Source: Shigella phage ESh26. From it: a DNA stretch of 64,000 nt. The notes beneath the pieces are model-generated. The model ran no database searches, was not told the DNA's origin, and saw only the letters and a list, made by a program, of their open reading frames with translations. How positions within the stretch are numbered: position 1 is the stretch's first letter; the number at the start of each line of letters is the position of its first letter. Made by a program: the position numbers and the translations under genes. This document shows, piece by piece, positions 19,223 to 28,663 of this stretch. The DNA lies in sequence record ON528736; one strand, given 5' to 3'.

Positions 19223-19322
19223 AGTAAGCGTTTAATACATCAATCATTAAAACGATTGGGAATATACTCAAAACTATTAATATTATAACTACATTCCATA
19301 TAGCTTTAACAATCTTTTTCAT
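19209..19322 (-). CDS. Small hydrophobic membrane protein (37 aa)
   Basis: Track ORF 19209..19418 starts non-ATG inside 5'UTR; ATG at 19322 follows GGAGG SD and gives MKKIVKAIWNVVIILIVLSIFPIVLMIDVLNAYFGFM. Confidence 0.4.
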   Translation of the reverse strand: MKKIVKAIWNVVIILIVLSIFPIVLMIDVLNAYFGFM

Positions 19323-19350
19323 TTTCTGTTCCTCCGTAGTTGATAGGGTA

Positions 19351-19380
19351 ATAATACCACAGAGGAACAGTCTTGTAAAC
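19351..19380 (-). promoter_or_regulatory. T4-type early promoter
   Basis: Minus strand GTTTAC-18 nt-TGG-TATTAT, then UTR with GGAGG SD before ATG at 19322. Confidence 0.6.
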
Positions 19381-19596
19381 AACTTTTTAAAAATATTCGT
19401 AATAAATGTGAATACCAATCACCACTGCCGAAACTTGCGCAACCCACCATGCACAAGCAATAAGTACAGAATTCAAAATTTTCATAATAACCTCATTACA
19501 AAAGTAAATATTAAACAAATTAATGGAATACTAACTAACCAAACAAAACACCACCACAATGAACTCATAGTTCAATCTCAACGATTTTCATTTTAC

Positions 19597-19803
19597 TCAA
19601 TAATCTGCTAAAAGATTGACGATTGCATCACGAAGACACTTATTCGCAATACGTTTAAGAGCAATTTCAGTTTCTGGAGCATTTTGAATAATCATTGAAT
19701 TCAATTCAGCCTCAGCAAACTGAAGTTCTTTAACTAATTCAGCTTTATATTTTCCTTGCCCTTTCTTAGCTTTTGCTCGTTTTAATTCAGCTGTAGTAAA
19801 CAT
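19597..19803 (-). CDS. Hypothetical protein (68 aa; denB-downstream)
   Basis: Track ORF 19597..19911 begins at TTG inside the UTR; ATG at 19803 (MFTTAELKRAKAKKGQGKYK...) follows the cassette SD ggagaataaa. Confidence 0.5.
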   Translation of the reverse strand: MFTTAELKRAKAKKGQGKYKAELVKELQFAEAELNSMIIQNAPETEIALKRIANKCLRDAIVNLLADY

Positions 19804-19844
19804 TTTATTCTCCAAATCCGTATCAGTTGATAGTTGATAGTTGT

Positions 19845-19874
19845 ATAGTACCACAGTCCTTGTGGTATGTAAAC
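19845..19874 (-). promoter_or_regulatory. Early promoter (cassette copy B)
   Basis: Minus strand GTTTAC-18 nt-TGG-TACTAT; promoter and UTR near-identical to copy at 46920-46983. Confidence 0.65.
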
Positions 19875-19892
19875 CGTTTTGTGAAAATTTTT

Positions 19893-20450
19893 TTAAATGG
19901 AAAGATACCATCCGTTGTAGTTGCTTTTTCTTACAACCTTACGAAGGTCTTCTCTATCACCGATGAACTTCGGAGTGTACTGGATGACACCTGGGTGAAT
20001 TTCTTTAGTGTTGAATATAATTATACAGTCAGCGACCTGATGATTCAGAATGGGCCCTAGATTTATTCCAGAACCGTATGGATACTCTCCGCTGCATCCT
20101 GTTGTTACAGAAATCCAACGTGAGTCAGTTTGATGTGTCTTAACTTCTACACGAAGCCCGCAGTATCTTGGATGCGCCAATACATCCCATGCGTATGTAT
20201 ACGGGTCATTAACATCCTCTTGGCCTTTGTTAACATACCCGCTTAGCCAATCTGCTACAAAAAACTCTGCGTACACCGCGATACGACATCTTTCGATAAC
20301 TTCTGCTTTATCCTGGTTCGGGTTTTGTTTTAAAGAGTATCTTGCTGTATCAGCAATTTTGACCTTCATTTCACTAGTCAAGTCACTGTTCGATAGGGTA
20401 AATGTCGGAATCTGAAATAGTCTCTGTAAACCCGGATTCGTTTTCTGCAT
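19893..20450 (-). CDS. denB: Endonuclease IV (DenB), cytosine-DNA-specific
   Basis: 185-aa ORF MQKTNPGLQRLFQIPTFTLSNSDLTSEMKVKIAD... recognised as T4 DenB. Confidence 0.9.
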   Translation of the reverse strand: MQKTNPGLQRLFQIPTFTLSNSDLTSEMKVKIADTARYSLKQNPNQDKAEVIERCRIAVYAEFFVADWLSGYVNKGQEDVNDPYTYAWDVLAHPRYCGLRVEVKTHQTDSRWISVTTGCSGEYPYGSGINLGPILNHQVADCIIIFNTKEIHPGVIQYTPKFIGDREDLRKVVRKSNYNGWYLSI

Positions 20451-20712
20451 TTAGACTTTCCTTTTTACCGCTGAGATAAGCGTTATATACTTTAAGAGTG
20501 CCGTAATAAATTCGGTCATTTTCATCTAAAGACTCACAGTCAAGTTCATCGAGTTCCTTTTTATCCATGACTATAATATCATTGCAGTAAAGAAACCCAA
20601 GTTTTTCGTGACCAAACTCAAATTTATTGCAGTACACAATATTAGCGTGATGATTTCCGTGCAGTTTAATCTCTTTTATGTCGGAATCACCGATATTCAT
20701 ACAATAAATCAT
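20383..20712 (-). CDS. Hypothetical protein (denB.1 position)
   Basis: 109-aa ORF, acidic C-terminus. Confidence 0.5.
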   Translation of the reverse strand: MIYCMNIGDSDIKEIKLHGNHHANIVYCNKFEFGHEKLGFLYCNDIIVMDKKELDELDCESLDENDRIYYGTLKVYNAYLSGKKESLNAENESGFTETISDSDIYPIEQ

Positions 20713-20730
20713 AATTTTTCCTTAAAACAA

Positions 20731-20748
20731 AAGGGTCGAAGCCCCTTA
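20731..20748 (-). promoter_or_regulatory. Hairpin with UUCG loop (imperfect stem)
   Basis: Plus strand aagggtcgaagcccctt reads AAGGGGC-UUCG-ACCCUU on the minus-strand transcript. Confidence 0.4.
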
Positions 20749-20750
20749 TT

Positions 20751-20945
20751 TTATTTGAATTGTGAAATTCTTTTTTCTAAACAATCTGCGTAAGATTTCA
20801 TTGAGATGAACTGTGAAAGCAGTAATTCTTGCTCAACTTCATTAATCGTTAGAAACTTTGTGCTTTCTAAAAATTTGCTCAGTGCATTAATTTTGAGCAT
20901 TAATTGATCGTATTCTTCTTTTACTCGTGCTTGATAACCTAACAT
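20751..20945 (-). CDS. Hypothetical protein (64 aa)
   Basis: ORF between rIIB and denB.1. Confidence 0.5.
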   Translation of the reverse strand: MLGYQARVKEEYDQLMLKINALSKFLESTKFLTINEVEQELLLSQFISMKSYADCLEKRISQFK

Positions 20946-20959
20946 AATTTTCCTTAGTT

Positions 20960-20975
20960 AAGGGCCGAAGCCCTT
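20960..20975 (-). promoter_or_regulatory. UUCG-tetraloop hairpin overlapping rIIB stop codon
   Basis: Minus-strand RNA AAGGGC-UUCG-GCCCUU; plus-strand text aagggccgaagccctt. Confidence 0.6.
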
Positions 20976-21912
20976 ATTTAAATTGTTCAGTAACGTCTTC
21001 AACTACTTCGTATTGGCAGGTACGCATTTTAGCATCGTTGTAATCAATTGGAATTGATACTACATCACGCGGATGTACTTTAACTTTTACAACTCGGCTG
21101 GTTGAACTGCCAAAGTGACGAATATAAGATTTAGAACACACATGCAGACCACGAGAACAAGTTTGTGTATCATCGTCATTCACACGAGTACGTGGCATTT
21201 TAACTACTTTACCAGGACTGTTATCAAAAGTATTTGAATGACAGTCAAAGTAATTACTGCGAACTACTTTCCAAGCATAGAAGTAACCATCTTCTGTAAT
21301 TTCAATATCGTTTGCTACCAAGAAATCGAAGAGTCGAGATACCGCTTTTTGGCTCGGGTTTTCCAACAGATTTTCCAAGAACGGAAAATAAAATTCAAAG
21401 TTTTCGCCTTTTTCCATCGAATCGAGAATACGATCAACTAAACCAGACCGCAATTCAATATTTTGATAGAACAAGCTTCCACCTTCAATTCGAACATCAC
21501 CGGAAATATATTTTTCAACAGCGCGACGAACATTAATTTTTTGTGCCGCTTCTTCCAATTTATCTGCAACAAGCAGATTAAGAATTTCCTGGAAGTTTGA
21601 ATGAGTATTAGGAGTTGCGTTATAAGTTACACCATCAACAGTAATTGAAATGAATTTTTTAGATGCATTCCAAATAATGTCAGATTTAGCAACTGGAGCA
21701 ATAGCGGTATCGCTATTAACTTTAACTGTAATATCACCGCTAATGGTAACTTTGGAGCGCTCAGCTTCTTCAGCATTTTTCAAAACACGACGGATTGTGT
21801 CAACCGATACACCTTGCCAATCAGCCAATTCCTGCTGGGTGTAATTACCACTTGAATACAGTTTGACAATTTCAGCTTGTTCGTTTTTGGTCAGGCATTT
21901 AATATTGTACAT
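20974..21912 (-). CDS. rIIB: rIIB membrane-associated protein
   Basis: 312-aa ORF MYNIKCLTKNEQAEIVKLYSSGNYTQQELADWQG...; size and position as T4 rIIB. Confidence 0.92.
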   Translation of the reverse strand: MYNIKCLTKNEQAEIVKLYSSGNYTQQELADWQGVSVDTIRRVLKNAEEAERSKVTISGDITVKVNSDTAIAPVAKSDIIWNASKKFISITVDGVTYNATPNTHSNFQEILNLLVADKLEEAAQKINVRRAVEKYISGDVRIEGGSLFYQNIELRSGLVDRILDSMEKGENFEFYFPFLENLLENPSQKAVSRLFDFLVANDIEITEDGYFYAWKVVRSNYFDCHSNTFDNSPGKVVKMPRTRVNDDDTQTCSRGLHVCSKSYIRHFGSSTSRVVKVKVHPRDVVSIPIDYNDAKMRTCQYEVVEDVTEQFK

Positions 21913-21923
21913 AATTTTCCTTA

Positions 21924-24101
21924 TTAGGCCGCAAGGGCCTTCATAGTTTTAGCGATTTGGGAAACTTCATCATCACTTAAAGAGTTGCGATAACCGATGA
22001 AGTCGGAAACAATACGGAATTTCTTGGTAAACTCAGCAACCATTTTATCACTATTTTTTGAAGCATTATTTGACAATACATCAAAAAGATTAGTTACTGT
22101 CCAGATGTCATGACCGATGGTACCTTTTCCACCGTTGAAATATATGCCCTGTAATGAACTAACCATATTACCAAGGCGAGTATATTCTTCAGAAACTTCA
22201 TCTACACTGAAGTACTTCATCATAAAATCGAGTTCAGGATACTTAATAATTTTATCAATATATCGTTTAGCTGAACTTGAATAACCTACATACTTATCAT
22301 AATCTACAGCATCAAAAGCATCTACATATAAATCACGTAGAGTTTCAAAAATACATTGGCACTGACCAAGTTCTTTTACCTTTTTCTGTAAAAGTGGACG
22401 AATAACATAAAACTCATTAATGCCAATAAGATTAGCCATACGAGTCAAAATACTCGTAGATGGATGACAAAGCGATGTAGTACCATCCATAGAGAAAATA
22501 TCAGAACGATGCATATACGCTACATAACCAGTAATTTCATCTGCTTCTGACGTAAGTGTAAACAATTCCTCTTTTTCCCAGCGCCCATCTTTAATTTCAA
22601 ACTTAAACGCAGTAGCAGTTTTAGGACGAGGAGCTTTACTTTTAACTGCCTTCGGAATATAACTTTTAACTAAAGCTTCAATTTCTGACAAATAATGAAT
22701 GTTAACTTCATCACTTTCAAACATTGCCATAATATCAGGGAGTAAATCAATCTGCGATTCTACTTCCGGATTAATAAACAGAAGACGCTCATTATGATGA
22801 ATATTCAAAGTGTTGTTAAATTCTTTATCATCTAACGCATGCGCTAATCCACGGACAATATTAACACGATTTTTAATATTATCAATAACGATATTAATTT
22901 TTGTTGTATTAATACCGAACAGACGATAACTTGATGCAATGGCTGAAGTTTCATGGCTTTGCTTAATGCGTTTCAGTCGAGGGTCAAGATTTACTTCATA
23001 CACAACTCCTGCATTGCATAGTTTACTATCAGGTTCAAACATGCTTTGCATCTTCTTATATGACAGATTTTTAGTCGTAAATTTGACTGAATTACTAATC
23101 ATATAATCTCGAGCAGAATATCCCATCTTCATCAATTCACGGTATGTATGACGAGGAGATGTAGATTCTTTAAATCGTTTTACATCTTCATTGAATGCCT
23201 TCTCACTAAGCTCTTTAACACGCTCAATAATATTTTTACGGGTACGATCATCTAGTGAAAGAGCTTCGCGTGATGGAGCAATATCAAGTGAACCCATTGG
23301 AAACTTAATGTAATTCACTTCATTGCGGATGCTTAACCAGTTACGGTCTCTAATAACACCATCGATAGGATAAACAATACCACCATAGATAGCATACAAT
23401 CCACCACGATCTGGCCAGTATCTTTCTGGATTTACGCCATAATAATCATCAAAATCCGGAAAATAATCAATTTCGCGGTCAAGACCATTAATAATAGCCA
23501 AATCTTTGAATGGTCGCATGATATAAGAAACTTCATAAGCAAAGTTTCTAAAGTCTTTTTCTTCAACTGGAACTACGATTTCAATACCAGTTTTATCATC
23601 TGGACCCATTTCTTTTACGAATGTAGGTTTAATTTGTGGACCATCGCCATCCATGTAAGCTACATAACCACGAATTTCGCCTTTATGATATGAAGTAATA
23701 CTAAATGTATCAGTATAACTAAACGGAGATTTAGAACCTAAACCAAATCCGCCAATGAAATCGTTAGATTCAGCCTTAGATGAACTAAAGTATGAATTAT
23801 ACAACCCAGGAGAATTATCATCACCTTGAATATCAAAATCGCTCATACCCGGACCAAAATCTCGGCAAACAAATCGCGGATCTAATCGTCCTGGAACTTG
23901 AATGATAAATTTTTCAGGATTTCCATTGAGAGCATGGGCATCAATCATGTTGGTAATCAATTCACGGACTACTGCGCGAATCTTGTTTGTATACAAATCA
24001 GATGACAGAATTTTAAATACTTTAGGATTTGCTGCGATGCTAAATGCTTTTGATTTAGAACCATTACCAAGAATTGTTTCTTTTTCAGTGGTGATAATCA
24101 T
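21924..24101 (-). CDS. rIIA: rIIA membrane-associated protein
   Basis: 725-aa [33 protein letters not shown]...; size as T4 rIIA. Confidence 0.92.
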   Translation of the reverse strand: MIITTEKETILGNGSKSKAFSIAANPKVFKILSSDLYTNKIRAVVRELITNMIDAHALNGNPEKFIIQVPGRLDPRFVCRDFGPGMSDFDIQGDDNSPGLYNSYFSSSKAESNDFIGGFGLGSKSPFSYTDTFSITSYHKGEIRGYVAYMDGDGPQIKPTFVKEMGPDDKTGIEIVVPVEEKDFRNFAYEVSYIMRPFKDLAIINGLDREIDYFPDFDDYYGVNPERYWPDRGGLYAIYGGIVYPIDGVIRDRNWLSIRNEVNYIKFPMGSLDIAPSREALSLDDRTRKNIIERVKELSEKAFNEDVKRFKESTSPRHTYRELMKMGYSARDYMISNSVKFTTKNLSYKKMQSMFEPDSKLCNAGVVYEVNLDPRLKRIKQSHETSAIASSYRLFGINTTKINIVIDNIKNRVNIVRGLAHALDDKEFNNTLNIHHNERLLFINPEVESQIDLLPDIMAMFESDEVNIHYLSEIEALVKSYIPKAVKSKAPRPKTATAFKFEIKDGRWEKEELFTLTSEADEITGYVAYMHRSDIFSMDGTTSLCHPSTSILTRMANLIGINEFYVIRPLLQKKVKELGQCQCIFETLRDLYVDAFDAVDYDKYVGYSSSAKRYIDKIIKYPELDFMMKYFSVDEVSEEYTRLGNMVSSLQGIYFNGGKGTIGHDIWTVTNLFDVLSNNASKNSDKMVAEFTKKFRIVSDFIGYRNSLSDDEVSQIAKTMKALAA
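21926..21940 (-). promoter_or_regulatory. Hairpin between rIIA and rIIB
   Basis: AGGCC-GCAAG-GGCCT inverted repeat overlapping rIIA stop. Confidence 0.45.
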
Positions 24102-24111
24102 AATTTCCTCA

Positions 24112-24315
24112 TTAATTCATATTGCGTTTAATAACTTCAGCAACTTCTAGTAGTTCATCTTTAGTTGCAGTGTCAGATTGAATTTTATCTCTAATATCCT
24201 TAAAGCGGTTTTTAAACTCTTCGGCTTCTCCCATATCGAAAAAGCGTTGAATGATTCTATATTCTCGATGAACTGCTTTATCAAAAAGTTCTAAATTTAC
24301 TTTATATGATTTCAT
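24112..24315 (-). CDS. Hypothetical protein (rIIA.1 position)
   Basis: 67-aa ORF downstream of an early promoter. Confidence 0.6.
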   Translation of the reverse strand: MKSYKVNLELFDKAVHREYRIIQRFFDMGEAEEFKNRFKDIRDKIQSDTATKDELLEVAEVIKRNMN

Positions 24316-24340
24316 TTCAATATCCTCATTTGCCCAATTA

Positions 24341-24370
24341 ATTATACCACATCCTTGTGGTAAAGTAAAC
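24341..24370 (-). promoter_or_regulatory. T4-type early promoter upstream of rIIA.1/rIIA (overlaps gene 39 stop)
   Basis: Minus strand GTTTAC-18 nt-TGG-TATAAT; spacer contains ccaca/tgtgg palindrome. Confidence 0.65.
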
Positions 24371-26187
24371 TACTGGCTCATCCATTCTTTACGAAGGTCA
24401 GCATTATCTCCCATGAGCATTTCAAAAAGCTCTTTCCAGTTCTCAGGAAGTTTAACAACATCATATACTGGGTTTTGAATCATCTCACGATATTCAGATT
24501 TTTCCAAAGAGCCAAGTCCCTTAATATAACGGATGCTATGTTTAGGTAGAGCATCTTTGGCACTCTCATATTCAGCGACTGTATAAAACCATTCTTGTTT
24601 TTTACCGACCTGAGCGATGATTACAGGAGTTTTGACGAAACGAATTCTTCCTTGTTCAAACAGTTCTGGCCAATTACTAAAAAATCCGAGCAGAGAAGGA
24701 TAAATGCTTCCTAGACCATCATGGTCAGCATCGGTCATAATAGCAATATTATGATAATTCAAGTTTTCAGCTTTTTCACCAAGAACTAATCCAGTGATTG
24801 CGCAAATATCAAACAGTTCTTTGTTTTTAAGCATATCAGCATATGACATACCCCAACTGTTGAGAACTTTACCACGCAATGGATAACCACCATGAAGTTC
24901 TTTATCACGAACATCAATGAGATATCCGATAGCAGAATCACCCTCAGTCAAGAAAAGAGTCGTGTCAGCATCTTTACCACAAAGATTCGCTTTAATATGT
25001 TTATGAACCTTAGCTTTAGAAGCCTTTTTAGCTGCTTTAGTTTCTGCTGCCTTTTCTGCCGCCAATTTACGAGCCAAGGCAGCTTCAATAATTGGCATTA
25101 AAATTGCTTCATTATTTAAAATAGCGCGTGAAATCTTTTTAGCATCAAGCTGAATATGACTACGAATTTCACCAAATGGAGAAGTCAAACGCTCTTTAGT
25201 TTGAGAATCAAATCGCATGTTTTTCATATCACGAACAAACATGACGATAGTCAAACATTCTTTAACACGTGCTTTAGTTACATCAATTTTGAACTTGCGT
25301 TTGATTTGTGGAATAAGGTCTTCACAAATATCATCCATAACACAATCAATGTGATGGCCACCATTCTTAGTATGAATGTTATTGACGTATGTTAATTGAC
25401 GAAAACCATCCGGTGAACGACCAACCGCAATAGAACAATTTTCTTGTTCTTGAACAATAGCATGCTCATCATATTGGCGTGCATATTTCTTAAAATTACC
25501 CTGAACCTTTTTACCGTTAAAGGTAAATTGAATATCAGGATAAACTACTGCAAGTGTCTGGAGACGATCTAATGTAATGTCAAGATAAACTTGAGATAGC
25601 TCATTAGTTTCAAATGACATAAAATCAGGAATGAAAGTAACACGAGTTCCTTTCCATTTTCCGGGAATATCTTCCCATGATTTATTTTCCATGCCATTTG
25701 AACAACGAACTACAATATTATTTTGACCGTCGCCAGTTTCACCGACAAACATCACAGAAAAAATGTTAGTTAAACTAGAACCAACACCATTCATACCGCC
25801 AGTGACGCGTTCTTTGTCATCACCAAAGTTACCACCTGCTTTTGGAATAGTCCAGGCAGCAACAGGACCAGGAATTTCTTCACCAGTAGGTGTTTTAACC
25901 ATCGCCTGTGGAATACCGCGACCGTTATCTTCAACTGTTACTTGATTGTTTTTGATAGTAACATTAATTTTATTTGCGAATTTAAACTTAGTACGAATAC
26001 CTTCATCTACTGAGTTATCGATAATTTCATCAATAAGCTTAACAAGACCAGGTACATACTGAACACTTTCCCATTTACCAAACAGAAAGCGCTCATGCAT
26101 TTCATTAGCAGAAGAACCAATGTACATGCCGCTACGCTTTTTGATATGTTCAATATCGCTCAGAATTTTAATTTCATTCTTAATCAT
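24370..26187 (-). CDS. 39: DNA topoisomerase II large subunit gp39, unsplit (includes the region that is a separate gene 60 in T4)
   Basis: ORF track 606 aa starting at GTG; ATG one codon in gives 605 aa; GHKL ATPase N-terminus plus TOPRIM-like EGDSA motif in one frame. Confidence 0.9.
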   Translation of the reverse strand: MIKNEIKILSDIEHIKKRSGMYIGSSANEMHERFLFGKWESVQYVPGLVKLIDEIIDNSVDEGIRTKFKFANKINVTIKNNQVTVEDNGRGIPQAMVKTPTGEEIPGPVAAWTIPKAGGNFGDDKERVTGGMNGVGSSLTNIFSVMFVGETGDGQNNIVVRCSNGMENKSWEDIPGKWKGTRVTFIPDFMSFETNELSQVYLDITLDRLQTLAVVYPDIQFTFNGKKVQGNFKKYARQYDEHAIVQEQENCSIAVGRSPDGFRQLTYVNNIHTKNGGHHIDCVMDDICEDLIPQIKRKFKIDVTKARVKECLTIVMFVRDMKNMRFDSQTKERLTSPFGEIRSHIQLDAKKISRAILNNEAILMPIIEAALARKLAAEKAAETKAAKKASKAKVHKHIKANLCGKDADTTLFLTEGDSAIGYLIDVRDKELHGGYPLRGKVLNSWGMSYADMLKNKELFDICAITGLVLGEKAENLNYHNIAIMTDADHDGLGSIYPSLLGFFSNWPELFEQGRIRFVKTPVIIAQVGKKQEWFYTVAEYESAKDALPKHSIRYIKGLGSLEKSEYREMIQNPVYDVVKLPENWKELFEMLMGDNADLRKEWMSQ

Positions 26188-26214
26188 CACTTATCCTCGT
26201 TTGGTTTCGGGAAT

Positions 26215-26240
26215 ATTATACTCCGGTAATCATAAAGCTA
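26215..26240 (-). promoter_or_regulatory. MotA-dependent middle promoter for gene 39
   Basis: Minus strand tAGCTTTA (MotA-box-like) - 12 nt - TATAAT, about 25 nt upstream of gene 39 ATG. Confidence 0.5.
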
Positions 26241-26256
26241 AAGGCCCGAAGGCCTT
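26241..26256 (-). promoter_or_regulatory. UUCG-tetraloop hairpin
   Basis: Minus-strand RNA AAGGCC-UUCG-GGCCUU, 1 nt from upstream ORF stop. Confidence 0.6.
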
Positions 26257-26529
26257 TTATTTAAAACGGATAGTCGAATCCTTGAAGAATAGACCAGAAC
26301 ATACGGTTCCTTCTACTTTCTGCCCGGTAGGTCCAATAGCACGAAATCCAGTATGTTGGAAATCATTTTCAGAGCAACCGAACCAATTGTATCCAGTGAT
26401 TTCAATATTAGTAAACCCACTTGAATACAAAACTTTGGTTGCATTATCAGCATCAGTACATCCTGCTAAAGACACTGCTAATACTAATGCCGCGATAGAA
26501 CGATTAACATATTTCATAATTTCACTCAA
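26257..26529 (-). CDS. Putative lipoprotein (90 aa)
   Basis: Signal peptide with lipobox MKYVNRSIAALVLAVSLAGC. Confidence 0.55.
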   Translation of the reverse strand: MSEIMKYVNRSIAALVLAVSLAGCTDADNATKVLYSSGFTNIEITGYNWFGCSENDFQHTGFRAIGPTGQKVEGTVCSGLFFKDSTIRFK

Positions 26530-26893
26530 ATTTAATGGCTTGAAGGAGACTAATAATTCTCAAGCGGCTTCTTTCATCTTTAACCGTAAAAGAAAGAGGG
26601 TCGCCAGATTTCATAGTGATAGTGCATTCAAAACTAAAATCTTCTGTAACTTCTTCGAAGAAGTCAAATTCTTCATCATAAATTAGAACATTACTCTGAA
26701 AACTGTGAAGAATTTTTCCATCATTTCCAGATGCTGTACTAATCATTGTAACATTATGGCCTTTCATATCTTCAACGATAAATTCGCTTGTAGATATTAC
26801 GGCATTAATAGAACCATTCCTATAAATAGAAGAAAGTAGATATTTCTTTTCTTCACCTTCGCGAACACGATATTTCTTACCGATTTTAAACAT
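26522..26893 (-). CDS. Hypothetical protein (123 aa)
   Basis: ORF overlapping neighbours. Confidence 0.5.
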   Translation of the reverse strand: MFKIGKKYRVREGEEKKYLLSSIYRNGSINAVISTSEFIVEDMKGHNVTMISTASGNDGKILHSFQSNVLIYDEEFDFFEEVTEDFSFECTITMKSGDPLSFTVKDERSRLRIISLLQAIKFE

Positions 26894-26895
26894 AA

Positions 26896-27072
26896 TTACC
26901 CTTTAAGTAAGTCGTAAAATCCACCATTCACATGCTTAGGAGCAGAAGGCCGACGAGTAGACAGACGATGACATTTAGGGCAAACATCATTTTCTCGTTC
27001 AGAAATCTTTTTAATTTTTTCATATTCATGCCCGCAATCTTCGGATTGGCATTTATAATCATACATTGGCAT
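26896..27072 (-). CDS. FmdB-like zinc-ribbon small protein (58 aa)
   Basis: Hand-translated MPMYDYKCQSEDCGHEYEKIKKISERENDVCPKCHRLS...; two CxxC pairs with typical MP-x-Y-D/E-Y-K-C start; below track cutoff. Confidence 0.5.
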   Translation of the reverse strand: MPMYDYKCQSEDCGHEYEKIKKISERENDVCPKCHRLSTRRPSAPKHVNGGFYDLLKG

Positions 27073-27074
27073 AA

Positions 27075-27494
27075 TTATTCCTTAAAGTGTGCTTTCAACA
27101 TCTGATACAAGGACCATGCCTGTTCATTATTTTCAATAGTAACTTTCATGACAGGAAATGCTGTGAAATCTTCTATTTGTTCTTGCTCTTCCTGCTCTTG
27201 CTCTTCAGCTGCCTGATATGGATTTTCAACTTCATCAAAGAACTCAGCTTCGTTAGTAGAAAGCCAGATAAAGTTTTCATCAAGGATATCACCATGTTTT
27301 GCATATCCAATTGTGCCAGTAAATGACATAATTTTAGTAGGACGCCCAAGATAATCAGCATCTAAAATTTTAAAAGGATGCATACCTAAACGGCGCGCAT
27401 AGATTCCATTATCAGTATGGTCTTTAATAAAATTTTCTTGAGCTTGTTTATTTTTAAATTGATACCATTTATTAACTTCAAATTTAATAGCCAT
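27075..27494 (-). CDS. Hypothetical acidic protein (139 aa; goF position)
   Basis: ORF with poly-Glu/Gln stretch [12 protein letters not shown]. Confidence 0.5.
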   Translation of the reverse strand: MAIKFEVNKWYQFKNKQAQENFIKDHTDNGIYARRLGMHPFKILDADYLGRPTKIMSFTGTIGYAKHGDILDENFIWLSTNEAEFFDEVENPYQAAEEQEQEEQEQIEDFTAFPVMKVTIENNEQAWSLYQMLKAHFKE

Positions 27495-27709
27495 TAATAA
27501 ATTTCCTTCCAGTAAGTTGTGCCATCTTCAGTAATTTCACGGAATACACCGTAAATTGGTTGTTTATCGCCGACTTTCTCATACACATAAACCGAAGTCA
27601 AGTGAGTAAACTTAACAGTATGTTCCTTTTGAACTACTACCAAATCTGGATCGAATAATACATCTTCAAATTCATCATTAGTGCAATTCTGAACAATTTT
27701 GCGTTTCAT
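27494..27709 (-). CDS. Hypothetical protein (71 aa; cef position)
   Basis: 71-aa ORF; T4 cef is about this size at this position, identity not verified. Confidence 0.45.
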   Translation of the reverse strand: MKRKIVQNCTNDEFEDVLFDPDLVVVQKEHTVKFTHLTSVYVYEKVGDKQPIYGVFREITEDGTTYWKEIY

Positions 27710-27722
27710 TACAATTTCCTCA

Positions 27723-27992
27723 TTAATTGAACAGTGGAGCGATGCGTTTCAGAAGAGTAGCAGCACCTTTGGCGAATTTTACATCATGAAAAACAGTTTC
27801 TTCTTCCGTTACAACACGAGCTTTAATGTTTTCACAATCCCAATTTTTACGAACAATCTTCAAAAGCTGCAGTAAATCTTTACATTCAGCAATATCGATA
27901 ACACATCCACGAGAATCTTCCATTATCGCACGATAACCGTAAGCCATACCATAATCGTTGAAAGATTGTTCGATGATAATTAAGTTTTCCAT
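27723..27992 (-). CDS. Hypothetical protein (89 aa)
   Basis: Track ORF starts at TTG inside UTR; ATG at 27992 follows cassette SD ggagaataaa (MENLIIIEQSFNDYG...). Confidence 0.5.
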   Translation of the reverse strand: MENLIIIEQSFNDYGMAYGYRAIMEDSRGCVIDIAECKDLLQLLKIVRKNWDCENIKARVVTEEETVFHDVKFAKGAATLLKRIAPLFN

Positions 27993-28035
27993 TTTATTCT
28001 CCAAGTTGTTTTCTGTATCAGTAGTTGATATTGAT

Positions 28036-28065
28036 ATAGTACCATAATCAACTACTGATGTATAT
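28036..28065 (-). promoter_or_regulatory. Early promoter (cassette copy D) with -10 inside a 13-bp inverted repeat
   Basis: TGG-TACTAT extended -10, degenerate -35 (ATATAC), A/T-rich upstream; flanked by atcagtagttgat (28017-28029) and atcaactactgat (28047-28059). Confidence 0.55.
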
Positions 28066-28089
28066 AGTTTTATGAAAAAATTTTAAACT

Positions 28090-28587
28090 TTATGCACAGC
28101 GAGCTTTGCTATAGTGTTTAATCCAACTTTCAGGAATGACTTTGTATGTTCCTAAAAATACCGCGTTGTACAACTTAACGCCATCTTCTACCCACTGATC
28201 GGTAATGTATGCACACATAGCGCGAGTACGATGTTTTTGAACAACACCTTCCTCATCTTCAGTAAATTCGAATTCATAAGGAGCAACGAACTTAATAGCT
28301 TGACCGAGTTTCCACTTAAAGTCTACGCCTACATGCGAAGTATCAATCGTTTCAATTCCTTTAGCAGGAACAGCTTTCAAAAACGCAGACTCAAGAAATT
28401 TCGCACGAACATAGCCAAACTGAGGTTTAGACTTTCCATCTTTAGGAATGATACGCACTTTTACTTCAGAATCTTCATCTTTAACACCGTGTTTAAGCTG
28501 AATGCTTACAATTTCAACCAATTTTCCTGCTGCTTTAGAGCGGGATTTATCAGATACACGAGCTAATTCACCAATATTAATAATCAT
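28090..28587 (-). CDS. Hypothetical protein (165 aa; motB position), paralogue of 28664..29206
   Basis: C-terminal motif YITDQWVEDGVKLYNAVFLGTYKVIPESW shared with the next ORF. Confidence 0.5.
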   Translation of the reverse strand: MIINIGELARVSDKSRSKAAGKLVEIVSIQLKHGVKDEDSEVKVRIIPKDGKSKPQFGYVRAKFLESAFLKAVPAKGIETIDTSHVGVDFKWKLGQAIKFVAPYEFEFTEDEEGVVQKHRTRAMCAYITDQWVEDGVKLYNAVFLGTYKVIPESWIKHYSKARCA

Positions 28588-28663
28588 AGTTATCTCTCAC
28601 TTGTTAAAAAGATTTTATACTCCACAGGACCATTATACTCTGGTCCCAAGAGTTTGTAAACTA

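Noticed and set aside
27087-27361. ORFs 27087..27326 (+) and 27173..27361 (-) with leucine-rich repetitive translations
   Set aside because: Artefacts of the GAA/CAA-rich tract encoding the poly-Glu/Gln segment of the 27075..27494 protein
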